Shown: piece by piece, positions 1 to 13,560 of the stretch
Layout of the letters: each line of letters begins with the position of its first letter
Numbering within the stretch: the stretch's first letter is position 1
NCBI RefSeq assembly: GCF_006345805.1
Contig: NC_043011.1
Span: forward strand, 4,030,001-4,094,000
Source: Octopus sinensis
Taxonomy: Eukaryota
Length of the DNA stretch: 64,000 bases
Reading direction: 5' to 3'
The notes under the pieces: model-generated
Database searches by the model: none
What the model saw: only the letters and a program-made list of their open reading frames with translations
Told to the model about the DNA's origin: nothing
Made by a program: the position numbers and the translations under genes

Positions 1-184
1 AATACATGCAAGGCACTTTATTTCAGCAACCCCAGAAGGATGAAAGGCAAAGCTGGTCATGACTGGATTTGAATTCAGAATGTAAAATGATTTAACTATA
101 AATTACAAAGCATTTTGTCTTTCTTGAATTTGATTCTGCCACTCACCAGCCTTAATGATAATATTTATCTGACAGAATCATCAG

Positions 185-340
185 CACACTTGACGAAATG
201 CTTAGCAGTATTTTGCCTGTCACTACATTCTGAGTTCAAATTGAGTTGAAGTCAACTTTGCCTTTCATTTTTTTGGGGGTTGATAAAATAAATACCAGTT
301 GAACACTGGGGTCAATGTAACTGACTCATCCCCACCTCCC
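185..340 (+). mobile_element. SINE family B, degenerate copy
   Basis: GAGTTCAAA B-box and GTCAACTTTGCCTTTCAT...GATAAAATAAATACCAG central domain. Confidence 0.75.
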
Positions 341-360
341 TAAGCTGAACTTGTGTGAAA

Positions 361-383
361 AATTTGAAATTATTATTATTATC

Positions 384-451
<68 letters not shown>

Positions 452-489
452 CATTATTATTATTATTATCATTATTATTATTATTATTA

Positions 490-539
<50 letters not shown>

Positions 540-540
540 G
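361..540. repeat. (ATT)n microsatellite, probably the expanded (AAT)n tail of the adjacent minus-strand retroposon
   Basis: Near-pure ATT run with ATC interruptions, directly abutting the family D repeat. Confidence 0.95.
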
Positions 541-1075
541 AGTGAGAGAACAGTGCACACCATCAAAGTGACTTTTGGGTACAAATATATGAATCCCAGT
601 ACACCCACCATGACTACCCATCTGATAAGGGTACACCATGCACATGCATCACAGCTACATGCGTACAACATGGCAACCTCATATCAAGATAAACAGCACA
701 TGATCTTGCAGGTGGGGACCAGTTAGAATTTTCTTCATGTCAATTAGTCCATCCTGCTTAAAAGTCCCTTAATAAGGATTATTTAAGGATGATAAGCGAA
801 ATACCTATGTTTTCAGAGGTGGATTATTCAAACTCCAAAGAATTCCTCTCAACACATGGCTATGATGCTTCCTCACTATTCTTGTGCATGATCACAGATG
901 CACATATCGTCAGCCACAAAGGATATACTCAGTTGGTTAAGATCAAGCAAGTGAAAAGCAAATCTGCAGTATTGGGCAGAATATTTGTTGTAGCCCACTT
1001 TTTACACCATGAAAAAACATGTTTACACTTTCAATCAGTTAAAATGAGAAACCATGAGACCTACTGCTGGCAAGC
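541..1075 (-). mobile_element. Dispersed retroposon, family D, with (AAT)n tail; unclassified SINE or LINE 3' end
   Basis: Aligns by eye to 49020-49345 (+), 51375-51560 (-) and 54865-55265 (-), e.g. CTCTCAACACATGGCTATGAT and CCCATCTGATAAGGG. Confidence 0.75.
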
Positions 1076-1235
1076 TGGCAGAAGCTTTGGCACACCATAC
1101 GAAATGCTTAATGGCATTTCTTCAGGTTTTATGTTCTGAGTTCAAATGCTCCCGAGGTCACTTTGACTTTCATTGTCTAAGGGCTGATAAAATAAGAATA
1201 AGCACTAGTTGAGCACTAGGGTCGACAAAATCAAT
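1075..1235 (+). mobile_element. SINE family B, degenerate copy
   Basis: GCTGGCAGAAGC...TTCTGAGTTCAAAT...CTTTCATT...GATAAAATAAG. Confidence 0.7.
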
Positions 1236-1327
1236 TAAACTACTCTCTTAGGATTTTATGTCTTTAAATCTTGATATCATCCATCATCATGTTATATTAT
1301 CCTTATATATATATATATATATATATC

Positions 1328-1636
1328 CGTGACCGTGACTGTGACTGACCAGTCTATCAGATGTTGCTACACATCGCTGGTCACAATGTGCTTCACATTG
1401 TTTTAGCCCTTAAATGACACCACCCCGCTGGCTAAGCGAGCAGGCCAACAGAGGAAAGAGTGAGAGAAAGTTGTGGTGAAAGAGTACAGCAAGGTTCACC
1501 ACCACCCCCTGCAGGATCCTTGTGGAGCTTTAGGTGTTTTCGCTCAATAAACACTCACAACGCCCGGTTTGGGAATCAAAACCACGATCCTACGACCGCG
1601 AGTCCGCTGCCCTAACCACTGGGCCATTTGCCTCCA
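1328..1636 (-). mobile_element. tRNA-derived SINE, OR-like head, tail type 1
   Basis: Reverse complement begins GGAGGCAAATGGCCCAGTGGTTAGGGCAGCGGACTCGCGGTCGTAGG with A- and B-boxes; same head as 34259. Confidence 0.9.
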
Positions 1637-1648
1637 CATATATATATC

Positions 1649-1946
1649 ACTGTGATCACCGTGACCGACCAGGCTATCAGATGTTGCTACACATCACTGG
1701 TCACAATGCGCTTCGCATTGTTTTAGCCTTTAAATGACGCCACCCCGTTGGCTAAGCGAGCAGGCCGTCAGAAGAAAGAGTGAGAGAAAGTTGTGGCAAA
1801 AGAGTACTGCAGGGATCGCCACCACCCCCTGCCGAAGCTTTGTGTGTTTTCGCTCAATAAACACTCACAACTCCCGGTCTGGGAATCAAAACCGCGATCC
1901 TACGACCGCAAGTCCGCTGCCCTAGCCACTGGGACATTGCGCCTCC
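1649..1946 (-). mobile_element. tRNA-derived SINE, OR-like; second tandem copy
   Basis: Head-to-tail with 1328-1636 across a short (TA)n. Confidence 0.9.
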
Positions 1947-1948
1947 AC

Positions 1949-2003
<55 letters not shown>

Positions 2004-2532
2004 GAGGGAGGGAGAAAGAGTGAGAGTCTTGGAAGAATGAATATATATATGTATGCTGTAAAATCCCCATGTGATTTATGCATTTTTTCTCACAAAAATG
2101 AAAATAAAATTTAGGGGTGTGTGAATTACATGAATTTGTTTTAGAAACTTTTTTGTTGGGAAAAGACATACAAAACATAAACATTTGTACTGGAAGTTGA
2201 CTCATTTAATGTCAGAATAGTTTTTATGGGAAAAATAATGGCTTAAATATAATAACGTTGACTTTTATTTATGCTGGGCGGTATAATGCTTGCTTTTTCT
2301 GTATAAATTTACTAAAACCATTAAATGGTTCGCTACTTTTTGAAGTCTAATGTTCATGCTGGTAAACATGGTCTGGGCCATATTTTACATTGCTTGGAGT
2401 TTCTACCTATCGCAAAGGAGTACCATTGACATACATAATGATATGGATAATCTTGATTGTATGGTTTTATTTTCGTCTGTTTTTCTTGTTTTGTTATGAG
2501 ATCAGCAAAATTGTTGAGGATGGTAAGGAAAA

Positions 2533-2924
2533 GGATGTGGCTGTGTGGTAAGTAGCTTGCTTACCAACCACATGGTTCCGGGTTCAGTCCCACTGCATGG
2601 CATCTTGGGCAAGTGTCTTCTGGTATAGCCCCGGGCCGACCAAAGCCTTGTGAGTGGATTTGGTAGACGGAAACTGAAAGAAGCCTGTCATATAAATGAA
2701 TATATACATATGTGTGTGTGTATGTGTTTGTCCCCCTAGCATTGCTTGACAACCGATGCTGGTGTGTTTACGTCCCCATCACTTAGCGGTTCGGCAAAAG
2801 AGACCGATAGAATAAGTACTGGGCTTACAGAGAATAAGTCCTGGGGTCGATTTGCTTGACTAAAGGCAGTGCTCCAGCATGGCCGCAGTCAAATGGCTGA
2901 AACAAGTAAAGAGTAAAGAGTAAA
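2533..2924 (+). mobile_element. tRNA-derived SINE family A
   Basis: GTGGCTGTGTGGTAAG A-box, GGTTCAGTCCC B-box, central (TA)/(TG) tract, tail GAAACAAGTAAAGAG. Confidence 0.92.
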
Positions 2925-3075
2925 TGTTTAGGATTTACATCCTGGCTGCTACCATTCTTGATATTGCTGTGGGCTGCCAACTACCAGGAGCAATGTGCAG
3001 CTGCTCAGTCACAATCATGTCTAAAATAACATTTTCTGGAACATAACTTAACTAAAACAACAAACAATTTTAAAA

Positions 3076-3500
3076 CAGGAGTGGCTGTGTGGCATAGGCA
3101 TAGGAGTGGCTGTGTGGTAAGTAGCTTGCTTACGAACCACATGACTCTGGGCTCAGTCCCACTACGTGGCACTTTGGGTAAGTGTCTTCTACCATACCCT
3201 CAGGCCGACCAAAGCCTTGTGAGTGGATTTGGTAGATGGAAACTGAAAGAAGCCCGTCGTATATATGTATATATATGTGTGTGTGTATGTTTGTGTGTCT
3301 GTGTTTGTCCTCCCAACATTGCTTGACAACCGATGCTGGTGTGTCACGTCCCCATAACTTAGTGGTTCGGCAAAAAAGACTGATAGAATAAGTACTAGGC
3401 TTACAAAGAATAAGTCCCGGGGTCGATTTGCTTGACTAAAAGGTGGTGCTCTAGCATGGCCACAGTCAAATGTCTGAAACAAATAAAAGAATAAAAGAGT
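3076..3500 (+). mobile_element. SINE family A with duplicated 5' start
   Basis: CAGGAGTGGCTGTGTGG then TAGGAGTGGCTGTGTGG, followed by full body and tail. Confidence 0.92.
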
Positions 3501-3619
3501 ACTATATGAAAATGTACAGGAAATGTGTAACAAATATTATTATAAAGAAATGGATAATATTTTATTAAACAGTTTGTATTTCAATCTCATTGGGGATTGG
3601 GAGCAAAGGAGGTATTTAC

Positions 3620-4800
3620 TGTTTGCTTCTTAAAGTCAGTCCTGTTTATCAAATCCAAAGAACTCATCCTCAACATCCGACATAAAAAAATGCCTCTGCA
3701 TCAAAGTCAATAGCTACCTTGTCATGATAATATACATCCATTGCATCATCATCTTTATCCTCAGCTTGATCATCATATGATGCAAGTTCAGATTGCCACA
3801 AAACATCGTCCTGCATACCATCAAGGTGGTTGGAGATGCTGACTGATTGACTGACTTGACAGCATTCACCCGGGGTGGATTGAGCTGGCTTCATTCATCC
3901 TCAATGTTGCATCTCTCACAAATGCCGACCAGGCCTGGCGATTTGAGGCTAACGACCGCGTGATCTCCAACCATTCCTTATTCCAGCGGTGAACGCCATA
4001 GATATGGGGGCCTAGGTTGGGTTCCAGATTAGCCTTGACTGTCATCAGCCAGGTTGAAGATGCTGTACTTAAATGATTTCACAATTATCTCGGGATTAAG
4101 TTCATTCCATACCTCAAGAATCCATTGGCATATCTCATCTAATTCGGGCTTTTTCATACAGTCACCAAGAATGTTTATCACCACCAATCCAGTTGTTCCA
4201 TTTTTGGTGCAAGGCACATTTCCTGGGTTTATCTACAATGACATCTAACGGCTGCAAAATTGAAGTCATTACACCAGGAATGGTGGCAAGTTCACAGTTG
4301 TCACTTAATACATCTTTCACATAGTCTGACTTATAGCATCTAAAACTATCCAAAACTAATAAACTATGTTCATGGGTATTGGGACATCATCCCCACAAAA
4401 GTCTTAGCCATCCAGCCATTTTTGTGGACTCTGATGATTATGCTTTTTGAAAAGTTTAATTTTGTCAATGTCTTTTTTTTTTTTTGAAGATAACATATTT
4501 TGGCAATTTTGTTACATCTCCCGAGCATGCTAGCATCACAGTAAATTTATTCTTTTCCTTTCCAGTTGTTATTTTAACTGATTTTTCGTTAACATGTGTC
4601 ACTGTTGTGTCATATGGCAAATCAAATGTTAACAGGGTTTGGTCTGCGTTTCTAATGCATGATGGTTCAATATTATATTTTCTTCTAACTTTGATAATCT
4701 AGCTCTGAAAGTTTGTCAACTTTTCTTCATAATCTTCATGAAGTCTTTGTACAATCGTTGTTCTACATTGTACACTAAAAGTCATGACGGTTCATAAAAT
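3620..4800 (-). mobile_element. pogo/Tigger DDE_1 transposase relic
   Basis: Minus frames give MDSFRC...IPGVMTSILQPLDVIVDKP and ICQWILEVWNELNPEIIVKSFK, matching the CENP-B/pogo DDE motifs; broken by stops and frameshifts. Confidence 0.8.
3838..4035 (-). mobile_element. 5'-truncated RTE-type LINE 3' end nested in the pogo relic
   Basis: Minus translation ...EITRSLASNRQAWSAFVRDA..., then a CAAGTCAGTCAATCAGTCAG repeat tail. Confidence 0.65.
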
Positions 4801-4905
4801 GATAGCACCAGTATCAGTACTATATTTAGTCTTAAATAACTGACTAACACATAATCTTATCTTGGTGGTGCTTACACCAAAATGTTTATCACATTTGTCA
4901 CATAT

Positions 4906-5248
4906 CCACTACGTGGTGCCTTGGGCAAGTGTCTTCTACTATAGCCTCAGGCCGACCAAAGCCTTGTGAGTGGATTTGGTAGATGGAAACTGAAAGAAGC
5001 CCGTCGTATATATGTATATATATATATGTATGTGTGTGTATGTGTTTGTGTGTCTATGTTTGTCCTCCCAACATCGCTTGACAACCGATGCTGGTGTGTT
5101 TATGTCCCCGTAACTTAGCGGTTCGGCAAAAGAGACCGATAGAATAAGTACTAGGCTTACAAAGAATAAGTCCCGGGGTCGATTTGCTCGACTAAAGGTG
5201 GTGCTCCAGCATGGCCTCAGTCAAATGACTGAAACAAGTAAAAGAGTA
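4906..5248 (+). mobile_element. SINE family A, 5'-truncated
   Basis: Body and tail match family A. Confidence 0.9.
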
Positions 5249-6114
5249 TCCAGGGGAATTTTGCAGATTTACCCCTATCAGCACGTTTATTACTAAGCAT
5301 ATTTTAAAATTTGTCTGCTATTTACACCAATTTCAAACATTATATTCACTAACATTAAAATACCTTCCAGCATCTCTATTGCCACGTTCAAATGTATATT
5401 CAACAATATTTAATTTCTCCAGTGAATTATTCATAAGTTCTTCTCATACTGACAAAAATGGTAATGACAAATTTTAAAGTTTGCTTGACATTTTATAAGT
5501 GTGAAAGGGATTAAAATTTCGATACTCCGTATCAAAGGTTCCAACAAGAACAGGCAGAAAATCAGAGATTGAGACAAGACACTTTCGACCAATCAGAATT
5601 CTGTTTACATAATCAGTTTGATTGGTCGGCTTCCTCTGTCGGTTGAGTAAAGTGTCATCCAAGCTGATGTTTATTGGTAATTAAAACTTAATTTGCAACA
5701 CCTGTGCATATTTAGCAGCCTTGTTTTTGTTGGTAATTCTTATCAACAACTTTTCTTGTGATTGTGATTTGAGAAGACATACAGCAGTATGCTAAAGATC
5801 GGACATAATCACTTGAGGGCAAGAAATGTAAAATAAAGTTTATCATAAACAACACAAACACTTTGTAATTTAATAGCTTTCAATGTGATCCCTGTTAAAC
5901 AGAAATTATTTTTATTTCATGAAAATTTAATAAAATCTAATCATAAGTAAGTGAAATTATGCTAAATGCAACTAAATTGAAAACTGTTTTCCCCTGGCCA
6001 TTGGCAATTCTGAAAACTTTTGGAATTGAAGCTTTCTCTAACAAATTTTATCCTGAAAATCACCTGCATAAATTACACAGGTGCGCAAATTACATGGGTT
6101 TTTATGTCATAATC

Positions 6115-6158
<44 letters not shown>

Positions 6159-6188
6159 GCGTATACATATGTATACATATGCATATAT

Positions 6189-6265
<77 letters not shown>

Positions 6266-6529
6266 GGCATATATGTATACATATATACATATATATACAC
6301 ATATATATAAAACATATATGTGTGTATATATATATATGCATATATATATACACACATATATATACATATATATATGTGTGTGTGTACAAAATATGGGGGT
6401 TTAGTTCTCAGGAGATCTAAATGACTAGGTACACTGGGTAAGTGCTGTTACAGATTACCAGGGCTCCAAGCTTATAGCCGAGATGGGAATTATAGAAGCA
6501 TTGAAAATTTCTGATATAGCAGATATATA

Positions 6530-6691
6530 TTTGTTAAAGAGGACAACAGACGCTAAGGTGAGACAAACATCTCAGGTCATATATGTTTTTATTATAAAAA
6601 GTTGAAAAATTTTTAGAAATATTTTTTTAATAATAATGTATATGACCTGAAATGTTTGTCTTGCCTTAGCATTTATTGTCTTCTTTAACAA

Positions 6692-6692
<1 letters not shown>
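6530..6692. mobile_element. Palindromic MITE with ~55 bp arms
   Basis: TTGTTAAAGAGGACAACAGACGCTAAGGTGAGACAAACATCTCAGGTCATATA mirrored by TATATGACCTGAAATGTTTGTCTTGCCTTAGCATTTATTGTCTTCTTTAACAA. Confidence 0.85.
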
Positions 6693-6774
<82 letters not shown>

Positions 6775-6807
6775 GTGGTGTGTGTGTGTGTGTGTGTATG
6801 TATATAG

Positions 6808-7222
6808 GTGCTGGAGTGGCTGTGTGGTAAGAAACTTACTTCCCAATCACGTGGTTCCAGATTCAGTCCCAATGCATGGCACCATGAGAAATGTCTTCTA
6901 CTATAACCTCGGGCCAACCAAAGCATTGTGAGTGAATTTGGTAGATGGATATTGAAAGAAGCCCGTCATATATATATATATATATTTTATAAACATATAT
7001 GTAGGTATGTATGTGTGTCTGTGTTTGTTTCCCCCCACCATCGTTTGACAACCGATGTTGATGTGTTTGCATCCCCATAACTTAGTGGTTTGGCAAAAGA
7101 GACCAATAGAGTAAGTACTAGGCTTACAAAGTATAAGTCCTGGGGGTTTGATTTGTTTGACTAAAGGCGGTGCTCTAGCATAGCTGCATTCACATGACTG
7201 AAATAAGTAAAAGAATAAAAGG
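6808..7222 (+). mobile_element. SINE family A
   Basis: Full head, body and tail. Confidence 0.9.
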
Positions 7223-8073
7223 ATACATATGCACGTATGTGTGTGTGTGTGTATGTGTGTGTGTGTGTGTGTGTGTGTATTGTAATGAATACTGCTAATT
7301 ATGATACATATTGTTGTTTGCTTTTTGCATCTTCTTTTAAATTGCCAATGCTGTTTGAATAGCAGTCTTGCAGACATCCACTGAGAAACAGATCCAGAAA
7401 GTAATACAAATAATATATGATTTCTATGAATATTCAAAGAAAACTATTAAGAATAATTAAGAAAAATCTTTAAAAATTAATAAAACTCTCAAAAAAATTA
7501 AAATATTTTGGATTCGCAAATATAACACCACACAATTTTTTTCTTTTTTTTTTCCAGGAATTAGATTAGTTAAGAGGTTATTTCTGTTTTGCAATCAAGA
7601 AATAAATCTTATTTTTATAAAATGAATACTTCTACTTCAACCTTCTTAAGTTTTACTCTTGCTGTTTAATTTCTGCAATTTTCAATGAAATATTTTTGTA
7701 AAAATCAACAATCAATAACATGCTAGAAAATATTTTAGTATCAATTTTCTTTAATATCCAAGTTTTATATTACAAAAAAATGAAAACAAAAAAATGAAAA
7801 CAAAAAAATGATTGCATTTAAAAATAAGAGCTCTTTCATTTCATAAAATGTGAAGAAAAAAAAATGAAAATGATATTTGGCTAGGATACAATTCTAAATT
7901 AATTCCTAGTTAAAGTGATACAGTTCCTTCCGAAATCTATTTCCAAAGCTTCGAAAATAGAATCTTGCTTCTTCAAACATTTGGTGTCCAGATTATATTG
8001 ATTGGCATAAGGCAGTTAGTGGCATTTCAGTTTAATAAAATATGGCATTTATTATAAATTTTATGAATTTCCA

Positions 8074-8113
<40 letters not shown>

Positions 8114-8714
8114 GCTGTTGTTAAAATATTCTTTATTTTTATTAATAATAAAGCATATTACAGAACTCTTTTTATAATGAATAAAATACTCTTTATTAAA
8201 TGTTGTTTATTATTATTTTTAACAACAACAATAATGATAATGATGATGATGATGTTTATGATGATAGTAGTAATTGTTATCATTATTATTATTATTATTA
8301 TACAGATACTTTTTATGAAATTTAAAATTGTTATTAAAATACACTCAATCAAATAAAAGTGACATTCTCTTTTCTTCATATTTTAATTCTATTTTTATTT
8401 TGGAGTGGGGTATGAATGGGTGAACTTGGTGTGCTTGTGTAGGAGAAGAACATGGCCTATGGAGAGTGAAACTGATGTGTCAAGTGGAGGAGCCAATGTG
8501 TGTGTTTGTGTGTGTGTATGCACCCCTGTACATGTATGGTTATTGGTTATCCTGTCATTGATAATTAATCCTAGTTCTTGATCACTGTTTGATCACAGAT
8601 CACAGCAATCAAACTGCTCATTACATTATTAATTATGTCTATGAGAAATGCATCATTGTCACTTAATACACACAATATCATTTACATTGATCTGTAAATT
8701 TCTCCAGTCTTATT

Positions 8715-8955
8715 CCTACCTACCTACCTACCTACCTGAAAACCTATCTACCTGTATTCCTAACTACTTGTGTATCTACTTATAGGCTGTCTACCTACCT
8801 TCCTTTGAACTTACCTATGTACCCTTCTTGTCTGTTAGCCTCCCTACCTATGTACCTACCTAGGCATTTATCAGCTTATGTGCCTACCTACCTGTGTATC
8901 TATCAATCCACACGTATATCTACCTATCTACTTAATACTCAGTCTACCTGTGTAT
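8715..8955. repeat. Degenerate (CTAC)n array
   Basis: Repeated CCTACCTAC/ATCTACCT units. Confidence 0.8.
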
Positions 8956-8984
8956 GAATCCAACAAATAATGGTTTCAAATTAT

Positions 8985-9190
8985 GGCACAGGGCCAGCAA
9001 TTTGGGGGGAGAGGATAAGTTTATTACATCAGCTACAGTGTTCAAGTGGTCGGTAGTTATTTTATCAATCCCAAAAGAAAGTCACACTCAACTTCGGCAA
9101 AATTTGAACTCAGAGCGTAAAGATGGATGAAATGCCGCTAAGCATTTTTACCCAGGATGCTGATGATTCTGCCAGCTCCCCGCCTTAACA
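8985..9190 (-). mobile_element. SINE family B, diverged
   Basis: AATTTGAACTCAGAGCGTAA...GCCGCTAAGCATTT...CTGCCAGCTC. Confidence 0.75.
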
Positions 9191-9737
9191 ATCCAAGAAA
9201 TAATAAGATTAGAAGTAAGCTTAAAAAAAGATGGCTCTTGAAGAAAGGTTTGTGTTTTACTCAATTCTTAATGCAGCCATTTTATTATACTTATGATGCT
9301 GACATAGATATTATGTTGTCATTGCATTCATTTTTTGCTTCTCACTCTATTTGTTCTACTTTCTATTTCTTTCCTTGATCCTGCTTTTCTGAATTTTTTG
9401 TTTCTCTTTTCCTCTTTTTTTTCTTCATCTTCTTCATTTTCAAAATTGATAAAGATCTCAAATGTAGGTGTAAGGTTTCATAAACTTTGAAGGTACGTTA
9501 TAATTCTCTGTATCAATCTCAGTACATGTAAGCTGCTTGTTTTATCAACTCTAGAAAGATGAGGGACAAGAGTTGACCTCAGCAGGTTTTGAATTCTCTG
9601 TCTGAAGAAATTTAACTAAATATCTCAAGATATTTTCCAATTTCACCATATTTTATAGACAGGCACCGAGCTAGCAGAAACATTAGCACGCCGGGCAAAA
9701 TGCTTAACACTATTTTGTCTGTCTTTACATTTTTATA

Positions 9738-9966
9738 GGTGCAAGAGTGACTGTGTGGTAAGTAGCTTGCTTACCAACCACATCGTTCCAGGTTCAGTCC
9801 CACTGCATGGCACATTGGGCAACTGTCTTCTACTATAGCCTCGGGCTGACCAAAGCCTTGTGAGTGGATTTGGTAGACGGAAACTGAAAGAAGCCTGTCG
9901 TATATATATATATATATATATATATACCGGAGTAAATTTCTGCTGCTTTTAAATAAAGTACATATA

Positions 9967-10049
<83 letters not shown>

Positions 10050-10278
10050 TGTGTGTGTGTGTGTTTGTGTATCTGTGCTTATGCCCCCAACATTGCTTGA
10101 CAACTGATGCTAGTGCGTTTACATCCTCGTAACTTAGCAGTTTGGCAAAAGAGACTGATAGAATAAGTACTAGGCTTACAAAAGAATAAGTCCTGGGGTC
10201 GATTTCCTTGACCAAAGGTGGTGCTTCAGCATGGCCGCAGTCAAATGACTGAAACAAGTAAAAAAGAGAGTAAAGAGT
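9738..10278 (+). mobile_element. SINE family A with expanded central microsatellite
   Basis: Full element; central tract ~180 bp including a short foreign insert. Confidence 0.9.
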
Positions 10279-10737
10279 ATGCATGCAAATGGAAATAGAG
10301 GGCAATGTCCTGTACACATATAGTTAAGGATGTGGAATGTTAAGTTGTAGGAGTACCACCCAGCTTTGACGCAGCTGTTCTGAAGTGCTTGTCTCCCTAC
10401 TGATGGTTTACTCAAAATTTCTATTGCTTTAGAAATTTATGTTTGTGCATTGGGTGGTCATTCTCCTCCAGTGTTCTCAGTCGAATTTGATATTTTCCCA
10501 GTTTCTGTGGACAGATCATAATACATTCATGGAAGCACAACTGTCATCTTTAGAATTCCGCATTTGAAACTAGCTTCTAAGTTTTCATCATTGCACAGAA
10601 CTTGAAACAGTATTTTATTCTGAATTCATTTTTACTCATTAAAATCTGCACCCGCACAGCCCTGCATTAGAAACCAAGAATGGGGTTTTAATATAATAGG
10701 AATATGATTTTCAAATAAATCAAACAGTCACATATAT

Positions 10738-10946
10738 CTATTTCTTTATTACCCACAAGGGGCTAAACACAGAGAGGACAAGCAAGGACAGACAAAGGGA
10801 TTAAGTCGATTATATCGACCCCAGTGCGTAACTGGTACTTACTTTATCGACCCCGAAAGGATGAAAGGCAAAGTCGACCTCGGCGGAATTTGAACTCAGG
10901 ACGCAGCGGCAGACGAAATACGGCTACGCATTTCGCCCGGCGTGCT
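10738..10946 (-). mobile_element. SINE family B, young copy
   Basis: CpG-intact ATCGACCCCGAAAGGATGAAAGGCAAAGTCGACCTCGGCGG. Confidence 0.92.
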
Positions 10947-12677
10947 AGAGTTAAAAGATGACCGTAACACATTTTTGACTCAGCTTCTCTTTACCTTACA
11001 TATTTATCTTTCTATCTGAGAATTGGATTGAAGAATTGGAGAGATTCTTTCAACAAAGACTTGTCATATTTTATATAGTTTTCTCATATATTTCTTCAAT
11101 TTTGAAATCAAGTCTACAAACTGTCAAATATGTCAATTAAGTTTTATAATCGACTGCCTTGAAATTTTAGTTCAAATTGCTTTTCTTTTCCTTCGTATCT
11201 ATTTTTTTAAATAAAACACAACAAAGTATGATAGTACGTATGACATAAATATAATAAGTTTCTCTCTTTCTCTCTCTCTTTCTCTCTCTCACCCACTCAC
11301 TCTCTCTTCCTCTTTCTCACTCACTCACTCTCTCTCTCTCTATCTCTCTCTCTCTCTCTCTCACTCTCTCTCTTGGTTACTATACATTCAGAGTATAAGA
11401 TGTTTGGCACAAACGACCTTTGTACTTTACTGAATGTTCTGGGTGCAGTTTATTGTGGCACCATCTCCAGAGAAATTGCCATGTACTTGAAAAGTTAAAG
11501 GGCTCTCTTGACCTCCCAGTCTCAACGTGCCAACCACTCTACATAATTCCTACTTGAATAAATTTACAGTGGTGCTAACAACAGTGAAATCCCCTAGTAT
11601 CCCAAAGACTAGAGTTTCCTCACCACTCTATAAAGAGATTGTTTACTCTGGGGTATTGTTGTTTGGGAAGTAAATAGAAAATACAACAACGACTATAGAA
11701 GAACCAGGTGAGGGGGGAACGAGGCCGTGATGATAGAAAGTGATAGAATAGGTGAGATAGTGATGACTAGTAATAAAAGTGGATAAATAGAAGATCGAAT
11801 AATGGATGTCAATTGCAAGTAGCTTAGCAAGGAGCATAGTAAGGGCGTGTTCATCAACAATTTAGCAGTGTTTATTGGGTGCATTATATTGTAGCACCTG
11901 TACAAGTGGGGTTACCTTGTTCCCCAAAATAGCCAAAAGTTCACTGTACACTAGACAGCTACATATGCTCAAGGCAGCATGACCAAGGAAGTGTCATGAC
12001 AGAGATTGAAAACCAGAAAAGAACCAGTATGGATGAGTGAAAACAAATGAGTGATGGCAGAGACTGGGCCACTAGGAAAAGAGGAAGTGATGACTGGCAG
12101 TAGTGAAAGGCTTGGCGTCTGTTTGGTATAATGGGCCCAATGCAATCTCTTATACATAGACCTCATAATGAGATAGAGAAATAAAGAAGATAGTGCTATG
12201 GGGATAAATGTGGATGGGCCCCATATCATTTATCATGGCATGAGTAATTAATGATAAAGATAAGGGTGATAGGGAAATGAGTGACCTCACTAGTGCTGGT
12301 GCCATGAAAAAGTGCCCAGAAAGGTCAAGGGAGAATCATCTTAAAATCCAAAGGATCTATGATGATTTTTGAAGAGTGTGTGCTGGGGAGGAGGCCAGAA
12401 ATTCAACAGTTCTTCTTTGTCTCTCCACACTACAGATCAATGAACCAGCCAAACTTCCTTCTTATTGGCTCTACCTGGGGTCGATTAAAACTTTCTGTAA
12501 AGTAAAACATTATACATTGAGTTCCTGTTACCTTCTTCAAATATTAAGTTAATTAAGCTCAGTGCAGTAAATTCACAAATCTTCCTGCTGCTTACTGTAA
12601 TAAGCTATACAACATTGACATGTCTATTTACTGTGATTTAGAATATTTTCAAAGGCATAAACATTAGACAGCCTCAT

Positions 12678-13090
12678 AGGCACAGGAGTGGCTGTGTGGT
12701 AAGTAGCTTGTTTACCAACCTCATGGTCCCGGGTTCAGTCCCACTGCGTGACACCTTGGGCAAGTGTCTTCTACTATAGCCTCGGGCCGACCAAAGCTTT
12801 GTGAGTGGATTTGGTAGACGGAAACTGAAAGAAGCCCGTCGTATATATGTATATATATATGTATATATATGCGTGTGTGTGTTTGTGTGTCTGTGTTTGT
12901 CCCCCTAGCATTGCTTGACAACCGATGCTGGTGTGTTTATGTTTCCGTTACTTAGCGGTTCGGCAAAAGAGACCGATAGAATAAGTAATGGGCTTCTAAA
13001 GAATAAGTCCCGGGGTCGAGTTGCTCGATTAAAGGCAGTGCTCCAGCATGGCCGCAGTCAGATGACTGAAACAAGTAAAAGAGTAAGAGT
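12678..13090 (+). mobile_element. SINE family A
   Basis: Full head, body and tail. Confidence 0.92.
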
Positions 13091-13407
13091 ATAGACTTCC
13101 AGTATAATATACGTTGTCGACTTGTTTTGGTAATATAACAATTAGCTGAGACAGTTGTCACCTCTCATTTGATATGTGGCCATGTTTACATATCAAAATG
13201 AGTTTTGCTTCTATGAAACAAAACTGCAATTAAAAGAATGCCCAGAAGGAAATTAACAGATAACAATGCCAAGTGAAATTAAAGACCCAGTTTTCAGTGC
13301 TGCTATTAATATTAATAGGAAAGGAGTATTGAATATTTGTTATAAAGTGTATTCATTTGAGGCTAATGATAGCAACAACACATGTATGTGTGTGTATATA
13401 TAGATAT

Positions 13408-13560
13408 CATCATCATCATCATCGTTGTCGTTTAACATCCGCTTTCCATGCTGTCATGGATTGGATGGTTTGACTGAAGTGTGGCAAGCCCGAAGGCTGC
13501 ACCAGGCTCCAATATGATCTGGCAAAGTTTCCACAGCTGGTGTAGAAACGAGAGTGTAGT
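13408..13560 (-). mobile_element. Retroposon family C 3' end with (GAT)n tail
   Basis: (CAT)n then TTTAACATCCGCTTTCCATGC; same tail as 20195, 37036, 43325, 50942 and 57330. Confidence 0.8.

Noticed and set aside
1560-1636. tRNA genes at SINE heads (also 1870-1946, 29390-29463 and 34259-34330)
   Set aside because: They are fused to SINE bodies and lack a proper acceptor-stem end, so they are not called as tRNAs.
7910-8035. Protein-like peptides on the minus strand (MFEEARFYFRSFGNRFRKELYHFN)
   Set aside because: There are upstream in-frame stops and no convincing acceptor.
9927-9960. Short foreign insert within the microsatellite of a family A SINE
   Set aside because: It is too short to classify and is probably a TA-targeted transposon remnant.
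11430-12480. Strand-asymmetric, purine-rich segment suggesting a decayed retroelement (similar composition at 58100-58650)
   Set aside because: No diagnostic motif appears in any frame, so it is left unclassified.
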